A DNA stretch of 64,000 nucleotides from the human T2T-CHM13v2.0 reference genome, Homo sapiens. Both the position numbers and the translations under genes were made by a program. The notes below the pieces were generated by a model. It was not told where the DNA came from. It was given only the letters and a program-made list of their open reading frames with translations, and searched no databases. The stretch lies in the NCBI RefSeq assembly GCF_009914755.1, contig NC_060947.1; one strand, 5' to 3'. Positions 39,001 through 53,800 of the stretch are shown here, one piece after another; the stretch's first letter is position 1, and every line of letters starts with the position of its first letter.

Positions 39001-40384
39001 AATAAGTGCAATGTTATTGGTTTCATTTATTTCTATTATATAATTGATTAAAATAATGAACAATTAAAATGTAAGCAATGATTTATGGGGTGCTTAACTC
39101 ATAGCAGTAAATATAGTATATTGAACTTACAGTTGCATTGCCTGTTAGACACTATCAATATGGAATAAGTCTGATATTTTCTAAATGGAACAATTAGAAC
39201 AAACCTTATTTTAAAGTGTGCCTTTCCCCATACTCCATGTTCCAAATAATTATAAGAAAACCTACTGCTTCTGTTATTACACGTTTACAAAGCAATAGAA
39301 ATATTGCCTGTAACCTGGCCTTCATAGTTCAACTTTAGACTTCTTTTTTTATGACTACATCTATACTGTGGAAAATGTTTTATTTTCCTAGGTAAGCTAT
39401 GCTATTGTAGTAAAATTTTTGAAAGGAAAATTATTTTGGATCAAGGACAAGCAACTCTAGCAGTTCAGTTGTTTTTTTATCTCATTATTTTTCAATCTAG
39501 GAAAAATATTTAAATATATAACACCAATATTTTGCTTGGATAGATTGAAGCTTCAGATGTTTTAGTTAGAAATGGACTGCAAAAATAATATCTCTTAAAA
39601 AAAGAAACGAATATAGTCAAATATGTGTCTAAGAAATACAACTTGTGCATACATCCTATAGTATCTCTATAAAGATTTCATCTTGTTTTTCTGATTGAAG
39701 TGTTCATTACTAGAGACAAATGTATTTTTAAGTCTTGTGATTAGAGGGGGCCACAGCCATCATAGCTCTATTAGAGGCAGAAATATAACATTAATATTTT
39801 AGTGTTTCATTTGCTTTCATGAAACTTATGAACAGAAGCTATCAGTGTCTAGGGTTTATCTTCAAATGACAAATTTAGCATTCTGTAAAAAGTGATACTA
39901 GGACTTCCTGCTGAGGTCATCTAGAGTTTGACCATCCTTAGAAATGACTGTGGGTAGATTCTTATTCTCAAGTGCTAGAGGTTCTTGTTCTCTTTTTACA
40001 TTGGATTTTGATGGTGACCAACATGACTGTGAAAAGGAATTGTACCACATGAAGAGATACACTTATAGAATTACAAATTGGTCAGTGCCCCTTTTCTAGT
40101 ATTCCAGAATTATCTGACTAAAATGATTTTGTTTAGTTCCATTTTCTAAAAGTTAAAACACAAAATACAATGGACGTAGGCTTCTGAAGTGTTCTGAGTC
40201 ACCCACGTGAAAAGTCATGGCTAAGATTGTTTATGTCCCTGGCACATAATATGTCGTCAGTAAAGATTTCTAGAATGAATAAATAACTTTTCCAAATAAA
40301 TGCTCTGTTTTATCAATTACATATCCCTCTTGTCTTCCTTCTTTTCTTGGCCAACTTCTTTGAAGTGTACTGCCATCATATGTT

Positions 40385-40860
40385 TTTCTCTTTTAAAATG
40401 TTTTCCATTATTAAAGGTAATGTATGTTCATTGTAGAAAATGTGGGAATGTGTAAAATATAAAGACAAAGGAAAATGCATAGTCTCAACATCCAGAAGCA
40501 ACCACCTTTACATTTTGTTTTTTTCTTCTATCTTGTATTTCTATGCATATTTTACATTGTTCATATTATACTGTATACAAAGTTGTATATACTACTTTTC
40601 CACCTAAATTTATAAGCATTTTTACATTAATGAATATCTTGATAAGTCTCCTTTTAAATGGTTGTATATTATTTGAACGTAAGAATGTATGATATTCACT
40701 CCATCCATCCCTTAAATTAGAAATTGAATTTGTTTCTTTTTTTTTGCTACCATAAATAATGCTGTTGTAAACATCTTTCTACATATAGTACATATACTAT
40801 ATGTAGAAAATCAGTACAGCTTTTCCCTAGAAGAGATTCAGAAAGTAAATGACATGAGGA
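40385..40860 (-). mobile_element. Old L1ME fragment
   Basis: TAATGTATGTTCATTGTAGAAAA...TTTTTGCTACCATAAATAATGCTG...AACATCTTT. Confidence 0.6.
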
Positions 40861-41072
40861 TTTTTTACTACTTACTAGATGCAAAGCATGATTAACTTGG
40901 GTCAAGTCAGTGCATAAAATCTGTAATCACTGATTTGAATATACTATATTTACATTCTTTGAACAAATATTTTAATATTTATTATAGCCAAAGCCTGATG
41001 GTACAAAGATGGACCTTACCCCAAAGGAATATACTGTCTAGTATGAAAAGAGAAACACAATAAATTAAACTG

Positions 41073-41138
41073 TTAGGTTGAGCCATATGACGTTGTTGTT
41101 TGACCTATGAAAATATTTATTTCATGTGATTCAATTTA
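41073..41138. mobile_element. MADE2-like mariner MITE
   Basis: Degenerate TIRs TTAGGTTGAGCCATATGA...TTCATGTGATTCAATTTAA with internal TTTGACCTA. Confidence 0.7.
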
Positions 41139-42012
41139 AAATAATATAGGATGATAAGGATAATATTGAAGCAAGTACATGGTGGCTTGGGAACACAGAT
41201 AAGTAAGTAATTAGATCTTCCGAAGAGAGATAACACAGATTATTGCTGCTTATTCAGCAGAAATAAATTTAAACGAGGGAACTTTTATATCTGTGTAGGT
41301 GTGTATTAGAAAGCTGCTAGGTCAGGCTCATGCATCAGATTTATGGTATTCTGTAACATTGCAGCACAGGAACACTTCACCTCTCTGAAAGTCCACTCTT
41401 CCAGCAACTGTACCTACCTGGAAATGCTATCTATCTCTTCAAAATATGGCAGTAAACCTGAAAGTAAGCAAAAACAAAAATATCCCTCAACAGGCGAAAG
41501 GAATGTGATCAAGTCCTTAAAAAGCAGCATGTAGACTTTTATCAAAAGAGAGTCTTCCAAGTACCTTACTCAAAATCTATTTATTATGTTAGACATAGTT
41601 CTATCAAATTGGATTTTCTATTTTTTTCACCGTCCAGCAAATGGGAAACAGCATACATACCAGGATTGAGAGGTAGACAGATACTTTAAGACTCACTGGA
41701 AGCACTAAGACGTGATAGTTAATATCTTGACTATAGTGGAAGAGATGAAATAATTATCAAAGCAGATAATATCTTAAAAAACAAAAAGCAGAATACAGAC
41801 TGTATAATTGGTCTCAACTATGTAAAAAAAAGAAATAGGTATATATATACGCAGCTGCTAATTAAAAAATTGGAGTGAAATACACCAAAATATTAATAGT
41901 CTTTGTGGCTATACCATGGTATATGAGTGATTTGTACTTCCTTCACATTTTTTACAATATTCTTCAGTGACTCTCTGCTGATTATATCATTAGAATAAAT
42001 AAAATAATAATT

Positions 42013-42307
<295 letters not shown>

Positions 42308-43492
42308 TTAAAATTAAATTTGTAAATGAAAAAGATCTTTGAGCATAGAACAGTTTTGGTCTATTTAGAGAAGAAACAAATAGACACACCTCAAATATGC
42401 CCTACAGACCTTGTAGGTACAGCACAGCACAGTATTTGATGTTCATGATAATTATGCGAATTAGCAAAAATGTATTTTCAATAGATTGTCCTTACGGAGG
42501 CAGCAAAGTGTACAATATATCTTCAAAATATTTCTATACAAAATGGCTAAGATAAAAATTGTTGCTATTTAGGACGTATAGACTCTCTGCTATCCAGATC
42601 AACTCACTGTGTGAGGTTTCTGGATAGCTGAGATCCTATTTTAGCTTTTCTATTTTAAAATGAAATTACTCAACAGCTATTTGTCCTATTAAATTATGCA
42701 ATATTATTATATCTAAGCTTCCTGTTCTAAGTGTCCATAGCTATTTGTTGAGGCATTATTCTCAGATGGGCATGGAAACAAATATTTATCTGATTATTCT
42801 TTTGTAAATGGCCCAGTTATATGTTAAAATATATCTTTTTTCCTCAAATGTGATGTTTCTACCGTTTGATGTTGCCTTTGTTCGTTGACCCTTGCTTTTT
42901 TCAGACTTTCACTAAATAAGAGACTATTTACATATTTCCAAACGATTGCAAAATATTAAAATCAAATCATAAATTATTCAAGCTATTGGGGAAGTTTCCT
43001 GTGAAAACATATACACCATAAAGAATAATGTATTTAGAATATCTCCCTGTTGGTAGTATTACAATTGAAGCACAGTTGTTGTTACTCATTCCTCTCCTCT
43101 TACATGTAATAATCAAATAATACAACAACAAAACCAAATATAGTAAAAATAAATTCACTGCCCGTGGGGAAGAATCTTAAATATTACCTTTATTGTATAT
43201 GTTTGAAGTATGTTTGTAGCTTTAGTTGCATCTTCATCACTCCTTAGCAGTCTCCTTGTTCATTGTTTACTGAATCATATGCCTCTGCTATTCTTCCAGA
43301 TTTTCTCTATTCTCTGTAGTCCCTCAAACTGAAACTTGCACCTGACAGTTTTAGTAAATGACCATCTTTTTCAAGTTCCCTTCATTTCCCTCAGTGTCAC
43401 TTCCCGAGGCAAACTTTGTGCTCCTAATCTCATTCCTCTTACCTCCTTCAGAATCATGCTTCTTTCCTTCTTAATGTCTTTCTTTAAATTGA

Positions 43493-43848
<356 letters not shown>

Positions 43849-44409
43849 TCAGTGATAAACCAAACAATAAATAAACAGAGTATGTCCCTAAGTTACTATC
43901 CTATGTCTAGCTGGGGAGAAAAGACATGGACACACCAAAGAAGTAAGAGATAAGATATGTATATAACAATATTTGTGTACCATGTATGAATTTGCAGGCA
44001 CTAATACCCATTGATGAGCTCTATTTGGCTATTGGGACTGTGCCTCTCCTAATTGTGTGGCTTGGTTGGAATTGCTTCATCTGATGTGGAACCTCAATAG
44101 TCAGTCAATGATTTGTTGTCTCTTTACTTATTCACTCTTTATTTTGAAATTTTCAAGTATATACAAAATACAATAATATAAAAAAAACTCATGAACCCAG
44201 CTTCCACAATGATCAATTCATGATCAATTTTGTTTTCTCCATACTGCTACTCTTGGATATTTTGAAACAGCTCTCAGACATTATGTTTTTTTCATCTGTG
44301 AACGTTTCTGTAAGCATCCACAAAAGATGAAGACTATTTCTAACGTAACCAAATACTATTATCATATCTTACTAAGAAAAAAAATCCTTAATAACAAATA
44401 TCTATTTAG

Positions 44410-44778
<369 letters not shown>

Positions 44779-44852
44779 TGAATTGGAAACCAAACAAAGT
44801 TGATTCATTATTATGGTTCTGTTAAGTCTCTTTTTAACAATGGAATCCCCCT

Positions 44853-45662
44853 TGTGTTAATTATCAATTATTCATCAATTGCTGCATAACAAGTTACCTT
44901 TAAAACGTAGAAGCTTAAAACTACAAATGTTTATTATTTCATAGTTTCTGTGGGTCAAGAATTTGGGAGCAGCTTAGCTGAGTGATCGTTTCAGTGTCTC
45001 TCATGAGATTGCAGTCAAGATATTGGACCGGGCTATGGTTGTCTCTGGGTCTGAGGCTAGAGGATCTACTCCAAGATCAGTTCTTCACTATACGGGCCTC
45101 TCTATAGAGCTTCTTGACTGTTGCTATGGTCTGAATGTTTTGTCCCCCCAAAATACATATGTTGAAACATAATCCCAATGTGATAGTATTAAATGGTGAG
45201 GCCTTTGGAAAGTGATTACCCTTATAAAAGAGGCTCAAGGGAGCATGTTTGCTCCTTCAGCCATGTGAAGACACCTAGAAGGTACCTCTGTGAAACAGGG
45301 AACGAGCCCTTATCAGATACCAAATTTACTGGTGCCTTGATATTAGACGTCCCAGCCCCCAGAACTGTGAGCAATAAATACCACTGGGTATGTTGTTATA
45401 GTAGCCCAAATGGACTAAGACAAGCATCTTTACAACATGGCATCTGGCTTCCCCAAGAGTGAGTGATCTAAGAGAGAAAGCAAAGAGGAAACCACAGTGC
45501 ATTCTGTATCCTAGTCTTGGAAGTGATATAACAATACTTCTGTCATATTCTGCCAATCACACAAACCAACCCAGAAACAATGTGGGAGGGAATTACACCA
45601 GAGTATGAATACCAAGGGGTTGGGATAATTGGGGGGGATCATCTTGGAGGCTGACTGCTCCA
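44853..45662 (-). mobile_element. MLT1 (MLT1F-like) MaLR LTR, interrupted
   Basis: TTGCTGCATAACAA...GTTTCTGTGGGTCAAGAATTTGGGAGCAGCTTAGCTG...CATCTTGGAGGCTGACTGCTCCA. Confidence 0.8.
45122..45422 (+). mobile_element. MST/MLT1A-type MaLR LTR nested in the MLT1 LTR
   Basis: TG...CA termini: TGCTATGGTCTGAATG...AATAAA...GGACTAAGACA. Confidence 0.85.
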
Positions 45663-45742
45663 CCTTTTCATCTATCTCTCCTTTTTTTCTTGTAATTTTC
45701 AGGGGTTTTTTTTCCATTTTCTTTTTCTTTCTTTTCTTTCGT

Positions 45743-45843
45743 TCTTTTTTTTTTTTTTTTCTCAAAATCTTGAGCTCAAGCGATTCTCTCACCTTGACCT
45801 CCCAAAGTGTTAGGATTACAGATGTGAGCCACCATGCCCAGCC
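45743..45843 (-). mobile_element. Partial Alu/FLAM
   Basis: TGAGCTCAAGCGATTC...GAGCCACCATGCCCAGCC. Confidence 0.85.
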
Positions 45844-46709
45844 CAGTTTTTATTATTGAAGCAACCAGGTCATTTGTCTGATTGAGTTTATATTTTGTTC
45901 ATTGCATCCCACTGTGTTATTTACCTGTTTCTTTGCCTGTCCCCCTACTCCATATATTTTCTGTAAATTTATAGTTAGATAAACCAAGCCACTCTAAAGC
46001 TTGATCAGATTCAGGTTTTGTCTTTTTGTCAAGATGTCCTTTTTTTGTTGGTGTTGTGAGGTTTTATATTGGAGCACATGATGGCTAGTTTACTCTTTTT
46101 GTTATATTAGCAGCCACTGATGATTCTCTAGCTCCATTAGTTCAAAAGAGTACTATTCTATTATTCCTCCTTTAATTAGTTTGATTACTTCATAAAAAAA
46201 ATGCCCCCTCATCAACTATTTGATTACATGAAGGTACATTTCATATAATGAAGGGATGAGAAGTACTTCTCTCTTTTTGTCAGTAAGTTGTTGTCTCTCT
46301 AGAATCCTCTAAAGGTAACAAGTGAGGTCTGGGAACCAACATGGGTATGCTGAAGCAGAGTCTCCAGGGATAGGTGCTGGTCATGGGGATCTTGAAAACG
46401 CTTCCTATGTGATTCTAATTTGGTCCTCTATTAACTTCTACCAATCTCCATTCCCAGAGTCTGACTTAGGTATGGGAGGGGGCCAAGGATTCTGTTTTTG
46501 TTTTTTCTTTTAATCTCTAGATACTCCTCTTCAGCTGACAAGTTTGGGGAACACTACACTAGAAAACACCTTTTTAAACTTACTGTGGCTATATGCATCT
46601 ATGCTATTCTCACAGGCCATGGGTGTCTCAAGTTTACTCTCAAGCCAGCTGCCATGTTGTAAGGATGCTTGTCTTAGTCCATTGGGTTAAGGAGAGTTGA
46701 GAGTCTCGC

Positions 46710-47790
46710 TTAGTGCTATAGTTATAGCAAACACTATGGAGTTAGACTGTGTGGGTCTAAATCTTGGCTCTGCCACTTACTAGCTTTGTGACCTTGGGGC
46801 AGTGAATTACCTTTCTGCCTCAGTATTCTCACATGTAAAATGGAAATGATAGTAGGATTTTCCTCGTGGGTGTTTTGAGAACTATATGAGTTAACATTGT
46901 GTTTAGAACAGGGTTTTGTAAGGATTTCTTAAATACATAATAGAGTTATCTCCCTCTGGGAGCACTTCCTTGGAACGTTTTATTGATAAAAGCCAAATGT
47001 GGTGGTTACTAATCTCATCATGATAACATTGTCATTTATTGGATGTTTATATATGCCAGGCATGATGGGTTATGTATATTCTGCAGTTCACATAATCCTC
47101 ATATCAATCCTACAAAATTAGCAATATTATTTTAATTTTACGTATCAACAAACTGAGTCTCTGAGAAGTAACTTGCTCAGTGTAATAGAGCTCATAAGTG
47201 ATGGTGTAGATATGACATATATTAAAGAGGCAGCATGATGGTTAAGAGCACAGAATCTGAAGCTAAGCTCTCTGGGTTCAAATCCTGGCACTACCACTTC
47301 CTAGTTGTGTATCTTGGGCAAGTTATTTAACCTATGTATCAGTTTCCTTATCTGTAAAATGAGGATAATAGTTATACCTACCTCATGGGTTATTATGAGG
47401 ATTAAATGAGTTAATACTTTCTAAGCACCTAAAATGGTCCCTAGCACAAAATGTTGCAGAACTCTTCCTTAGTTCAGCTAAAGACAGAGTTCTTTGTCCC
47501 ACAGCCACAAAAATTCAGGCCCGCAGACAATTTGAATGGTGAACAAGCAGGGTTTTATTTGGTGAAAAGGAAGAAAAGGGGGAAACATCCTGCTAGAGCA
47601 GGATGTTAGAATCCCAACTTCCACACAGGAAAAGGAGGGGCCAGGCTCCTCCCCAGTGTAAACTTAACGAGGCTCCACCTTAGTGGGCAGGCTGTTTGGA
47701 GTTTCTCCAGGGACCCCCTCCCACCTGACTGTCTCAATAATAAATACTTTGTATGTACTAGCTCGTTATTATTACTGCTATTATTATTTT
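46710..47790. mobile_element. Cluster of three MIRs (+ about 46710-46912, - about 47025-47210, + about 47225-47790)
   Basis: MIR cores GGCTCTGCCACTTACTAGCT...GCCTCAG, AAACTGAGTCTCTGAGAAGTAACTTGC and CAGTTTCCTTATCTGTAAAATGAGGATAATA. Confidence 0.8.
47452..47736 (-). mobile_element. MER61-like ERV1 solo LTR inserted in a MIR
   Basis: Reverse complement starts TGAGACAGTCAGGTGGGAGGGGGTCCCTGGAGAAACTCCAA; TG...CA ends; MIR resumes afterwards. Confidence 0.8.
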
Positions 47791-48289
47791 TATTAGTTAG
47801 AGTTTAAAGAAAAAGCAGCAGTAAAAAAGGAGAGACTGAAGTTGCCAATAAGGAAGGGAATACATGTATTTCAATAAATGCCTTAATAAATAAATAAATC
47901 TTCAGGAGGAGAGAAAAGGAGAGTTGTCTCGCCACAAAGATGAGCAGAATAGAAAACAGTTGATTTCTAGGCGAAGGCAGATGATTAAACTCCTGGGAGA
48001 TAGATTCATTTTTACAAGGTAGAAATCAAGCTAATCCTTTAGAAATGAAGAAAGGAAGGTAGAATTGGAAGCCTGTGGAGGCAGGGGAGGTCTGGGGACA
48101 CTTGGGGAGTCAAACCACAGAGCACGCACTAGACATAGCCAAGTTGTGTTTTGTCAATGCTTGATCATGGCTGAATTCCTTGTGGCTAAAAAAAATTATG
48201 CCTGGTGGAGGGGATAGCTCAGCAGCCTAGTGACAGCAACAAGTTCAGACATGGTTGAATGGGATGGTTATGATGGTAAGTAGAAGTGA

Positions 48290-48465
48290 AGGAGCGTGGA
48301 ACAAGGAATCAGGAGACTTGGATTCATTTTTTAACTTTAGTATATCAACTAGCTTGTATGACCTCGAATAGTTCGCTTGACCTTTGGATCTCAGTTAATT
48401 CACTTGTGAAATAAGAGAGCTACATCAGTTTATCTCTAACATTACTTCTAATTCCAGAATGTATG
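48290..48465 (+). mobile_element. MIR3-like fragment
   Basis: GGAATCAGGAGACTTGGATTC...GTATGACCTCG...CTCAGT...ATCTCTAA. Confidence 0.6.
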
Positions 48466-50795
48466 ACCCTACAGGGCCGATTCTAGCATCTAGCTGCACC
48501 AGAAAGGAGTCAATTGAAATGGCAAGAGTTAAGAAAGTGATGGGAAGGCCCAGGGAGGTTGGGATGCAGGTTCAATAAAAGTGAAGGTAGATGAGGGAAC
48601 TCGTGTCAGTCTCTCAGTCTTTCTGCCTTTAAGATTTTTCTTTTCTGCACTCAAAATTCTAAGACTAGTTTGTCTTTTTTTTTTTTTTGTAGCAAATATC
48701 ATTATGGCTATTGTGAATTTAATAGGCTATGTTTGACACACACAAGAGTAAATGTTATTTTAGTTTTACATATCTAAAATGTTCATTAACACATCAGAAA
48801 TAAACAGTTCACTTGTAGGGAGTTATTTTTTTTCTTTTAAACAGAACATAACAAAAGAGTATTTTATGCTTTCCCGTGCCCATAATAACATTACATTTTG
48901 GAGTAGCTAACTAGGTTGCTTGAACACGCTGTTACAGAACTGGTTAATCCATAATTCAGCAGGTTCTTGGCTTCCAAGTTGCCTTATTGACAAGCCTGAA
49001 GAAAGTGGATGGAACTAATTAGCACTCAGCATTATAAAATAGGAAGAATTAGATAAAGCAGCTTCAATATTAAACTCAGACCCCTATGAAGATATTCCCT
49101 TTAGTTATGGGGATTTTGAAATGATGGACAGGCTAAACCAAAACTCATAATCCTATTACAGTCTCCTACACCCACCTAATAAGCTTCAAGAGCCGTTTCC
49201 TTGGAGTCTGGGATATTGCCATCTTCCTCTAGGCTTTTCTGTATATAGCTTATAAATTCTTTACTTGTTTCCACTAAATACTTTGTTATTTAAAATAGCA
49301 TAAAAGAGAGTATATAAGTATATATACATATTGAGGTATTTTGACTGTAATAATACCCTTGGCCTGTAGGGAACTTCAAATTATTAATAATTTCAGAGGA
49401 AAGCTTTTTAAGAAAAAAGCTCCAGGCTTAGCTGTAATGAGGCATTTGAAAAGGAGGAGGGGTTATGTTTATGTGCGTAATGAAAATATTGAACCCTTTG
49501 GGATGTTATGAACCATGGTGCACTAATAAATGATCTTCCCATTTCAGTGTTCCAGCAGACATCTTTGTACCCCTGATGTACTCTTGCAAAATGCCTATAG
49601 CTCACATATCCTTTTAAATATTTCTATCTCCTAACATTCGTTACTGTGGGTGGGGGTGCAACAGGATAAATCTGATGGAGAAAGGAGGACAATACAAGAA
49701 GCAGACAAAGTTGGTGGTTTAGAATAATGAGCCCATTTTCAGCTGAGCTGTGTAGTTCATATGAATTAATTAACCCCTTACAAACATTTGTCTGACAATC
49801 CAAATTCTCATTCAGTTCAATGGGTTTTATAATTATCATTTAACTAAATAGCACTAAGAACTGTTTATATCCTGACATTAAGGAAGCTTTGTCGAATTCT
49901 TTTTCTGTAAATCATCTGAAGTTGTTTACAATTTGCAGTAGTCTTGGTTTGTGCTCAGGTTGCTGTTTTGCTGCTTTAAAAAATATTTTCAGGGTGCTAA
50001 TTATAGAATATGCTCTAGAGTTTGGTTAGCTTTGTAAGAGTAGAAGACCTTTGTAAAGAACGTTTTCACATTTTAATTGGAAGAATGTAGGCTTAAGCTA
50101 TTATCTGTCATGTTAAACAAAAGGAATCCGATGATGCTCAATGGATATAGAATGATTAATTACTCATTCTTAAGACCTGTGCCATTTAGTTCCTGGTGAT
50201 AAGATGGTGATAAAGCACTTTTTACCCAGAAAGAGAGAAATGAGAGTATTGTGATGACCATGCTGCAACAGAGTGTGAGAACACTTAAAAAAAAAAAAAG
50301 TTTGAAATGAGAAGCATCTGGGACCTCCCTTCTATGCTGTTGTGTATGTAATTGCTTTTAATTTTGTACAAAAAGTTAAGGTACTATTAATAAGCATTTT
50401 ACTTCATTGAGTGTCTTCTGATTACAAGGAACAAAAAGCTATTTAAACTGGGTGTTCATTGAACAGATACAGAGAGGCTCAAGGGAATTCAGGGCAGGAT
50501 GTATTATACACCTAGACCTAGAGCCCTGGAAATGGGATCTTTGCTCTCCTTTCAAGGTGGCTCTGTGGTCCTTCACATCATGAGTTCATGGGCCTTTAAT
50601 CTAGTGCTTGAAACGAGACTTCACTTATCCTCATCTAACTGCTCCTTCTACCTCCTGACAAAGATTCTTGGGTCCCAATTCTATGTTCCTGTGACAGGAA
50701 TGTTATCTGAATCCTTTTTTTTTTTTTTTTGCACCAGGCCCCAAGTCTTTGACAAGCCTAGGATGGTTCCCCTGTAGGTCGGGGTCCTTCCCTGA

Positions 50796-51227
<432 letters not shown>

Positions 51228-51622
51228 TAAGTAACATTTCCAAGGTTATGTAACTCCAGGGTCTGTGATGAGTTAGGAGATCTGGTTTCTAATGCTTGAC
51301 CCATCACTGTGCGAATGACTTGAAGTGAATCACTTAATCTCCCTGGGCATTCAGCCATTCCATGAACAGTTTAAAAATTGTTTTTCTAATTTTTTTTATT
51401 GACAAACTAAAGGGAGGAATCAGGTCCACTGCCACATTGTCATAGGCACTGCTTGGTTGTATGGAACAGAAATCTACATAAGGTAGCTTGAGTGAAGGGG
51501 TATTTATTTAAGGATGTGATAAGCAACCTTGTGGACATCCAAGGATAGGAAACAACAGTGAGACCACAGAGTGTCTTAGGCTGGAACCAAAATGGAAAAG
51601 TTAGAAATATAAGTTGCTCTCA

Positions 51623-51735
51623 GGCCGGGTGCGGTGGCTCATGCCTGTAATCCCAGCACTTTGGGAGGCCGAGGCGGGCAGATCACAAGGTCAGATCGAG
51701 ACCATCCTGGCTAACACGGTGAAACCCCATCTCTA

Positions 51736-51775
<40 letters not shown>

Positions 51776-51886
51776 AGCCGGGCATGGTGGCACACACCTG
51801 TAGTCCCAGCTAATCAGGAGGCTGAGGCAGGAGAATGGCATGAACCCAGGAGGCGGAGCTTGCAGTGAGCCCAGATCGCGCCATTG
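51623..51886 (+). mobile_element. 3'-truncated AluY with an A36 mid linker, inside an old MLT1-like LTR region
   Basis: GCTAACACGG, GAATGGCATGAACC, GGAGCTTGCAG; ends at GCGCCATTG with no tail. Confidence 0.9.
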
Positions 51887-52268
51887 GTTTCCTTTGTTTG
51901 AACATGACTGCCACAACTATGATACAGTATGTTGCTTACTTCAAGTGCCTATCTTTATGTGACATGGGTCTCTCCAAGTTCAGATTCTTGTGACAGAATC
52001 TGACTGATCCAGCTAGCCTGTGAATTTGTTTCCCTTAAGTCAGGTGTTCATTCTGTGGCCAATCAGCCAGAGCAGAGATAAGATCACATGGTGATAGGAC
52101 TGTCACCTTTTCCAGGCACTTGATGAAAGAGCAGATTCTCTGAGAAGGGTATGGGAAGGGCTGGCAAATAGACTGATGTTTGCTACACCCATAATCCTAG
52201 CACTCTAACACAATTTTAAAGCATATTGTGTATTTCTCCATAGATCATCATTTTGGCTACATAAATAT

Positions 52269-52592
<324 letters not shown>

Positions 52593-52771
52593 ATGGCTAC
52601 ATAAATATTTTTTAAGCACTTCACTGTATACCAGGGACTTTACTAGGACTACACTAGCTTCAGGCCCTCCATTTCCTAATTTGTAAAATGAACTATCCTG
52701 TCTTGCTTTAGAATTCACCCACACACACACACACACACACGTTTATGCGTTTATCTATATTATACTGAATA

Positions 52772-53099
52772 CAATTGTCCTTTCATATCCGTAGATTCTA
52801 CATTCATGGATTCAATGAAAGGCATATCGAAAATATTTTTAAAAATGACATCTGTACTAAACATGCACAGACTTTTTTCATGTCCCCTAAACAATACAGT
52901 ATAACAACTTTTACATAGCATTAACATTTTATTAGGTATTTTAAGTTGTCAAGAGATGATTTTAAGTATACGGGAGGATGTACATAGGTGATATGCAAAT
53001 ACTATGCCATCTTATATAAGGAACTTGAGCATCTGCTAATTTTCTGGTTTCTGAAGGAAGTTCTGTAACCAATTCCTCATGGATACCTAGGGATGATGG
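52772..53099. mobile_element. MER2 (TcMar-Tigger)
   Basis: TA-flanked; CCCTAAACAATACAGTATAACAAC...GTATACGGGAGGATGT...GGATACC. Confidence 0.85.
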
Positions 53100-53130
53100 T
53101 ATATTGCCTTTGTTACCAAACCAACCGGAA

Positions 53131-53476
<346 letters not shown>

Positions 53477-53599
53477 TGAATTTGAGCTAGAGAAGAAATT
53501 CAGTATAATTTCTTCAGTTACATCTAGTGTTTAACCAAACTTTAGTATTACCCAGGTTACTTATTGATTTGGCTCTGAAATATTTGTTTTGTAAAACAA

Positions 53600-53800
53600 A
53601 TCTATTAAAAGTCAAAGACTTGCTGTCATCAAAACTATTTAAAAGGCTGTGAGGCCTACTGTAAAGATATCCCAAAGAAGGACTTCACAAATGTTTTTTG
53701 CCAATGATAGAATCATTCCTTAATTCTGTAGCTCCTAAAGTAACTACCTTGAAGAGCACGGATCTTACCAACATATGTAGGTTGTTTAAAAAATCATTCA
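53600..53800 (+). mobile_element. MARNA-like mariner fossil
   Basis: Frameshifted translation IPKKDF..KCF..S*SNYLEE resembles the mariner transposase C-terminus (IPKEEFQKCF...SQGDYFEG). Confidence 0.5.
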
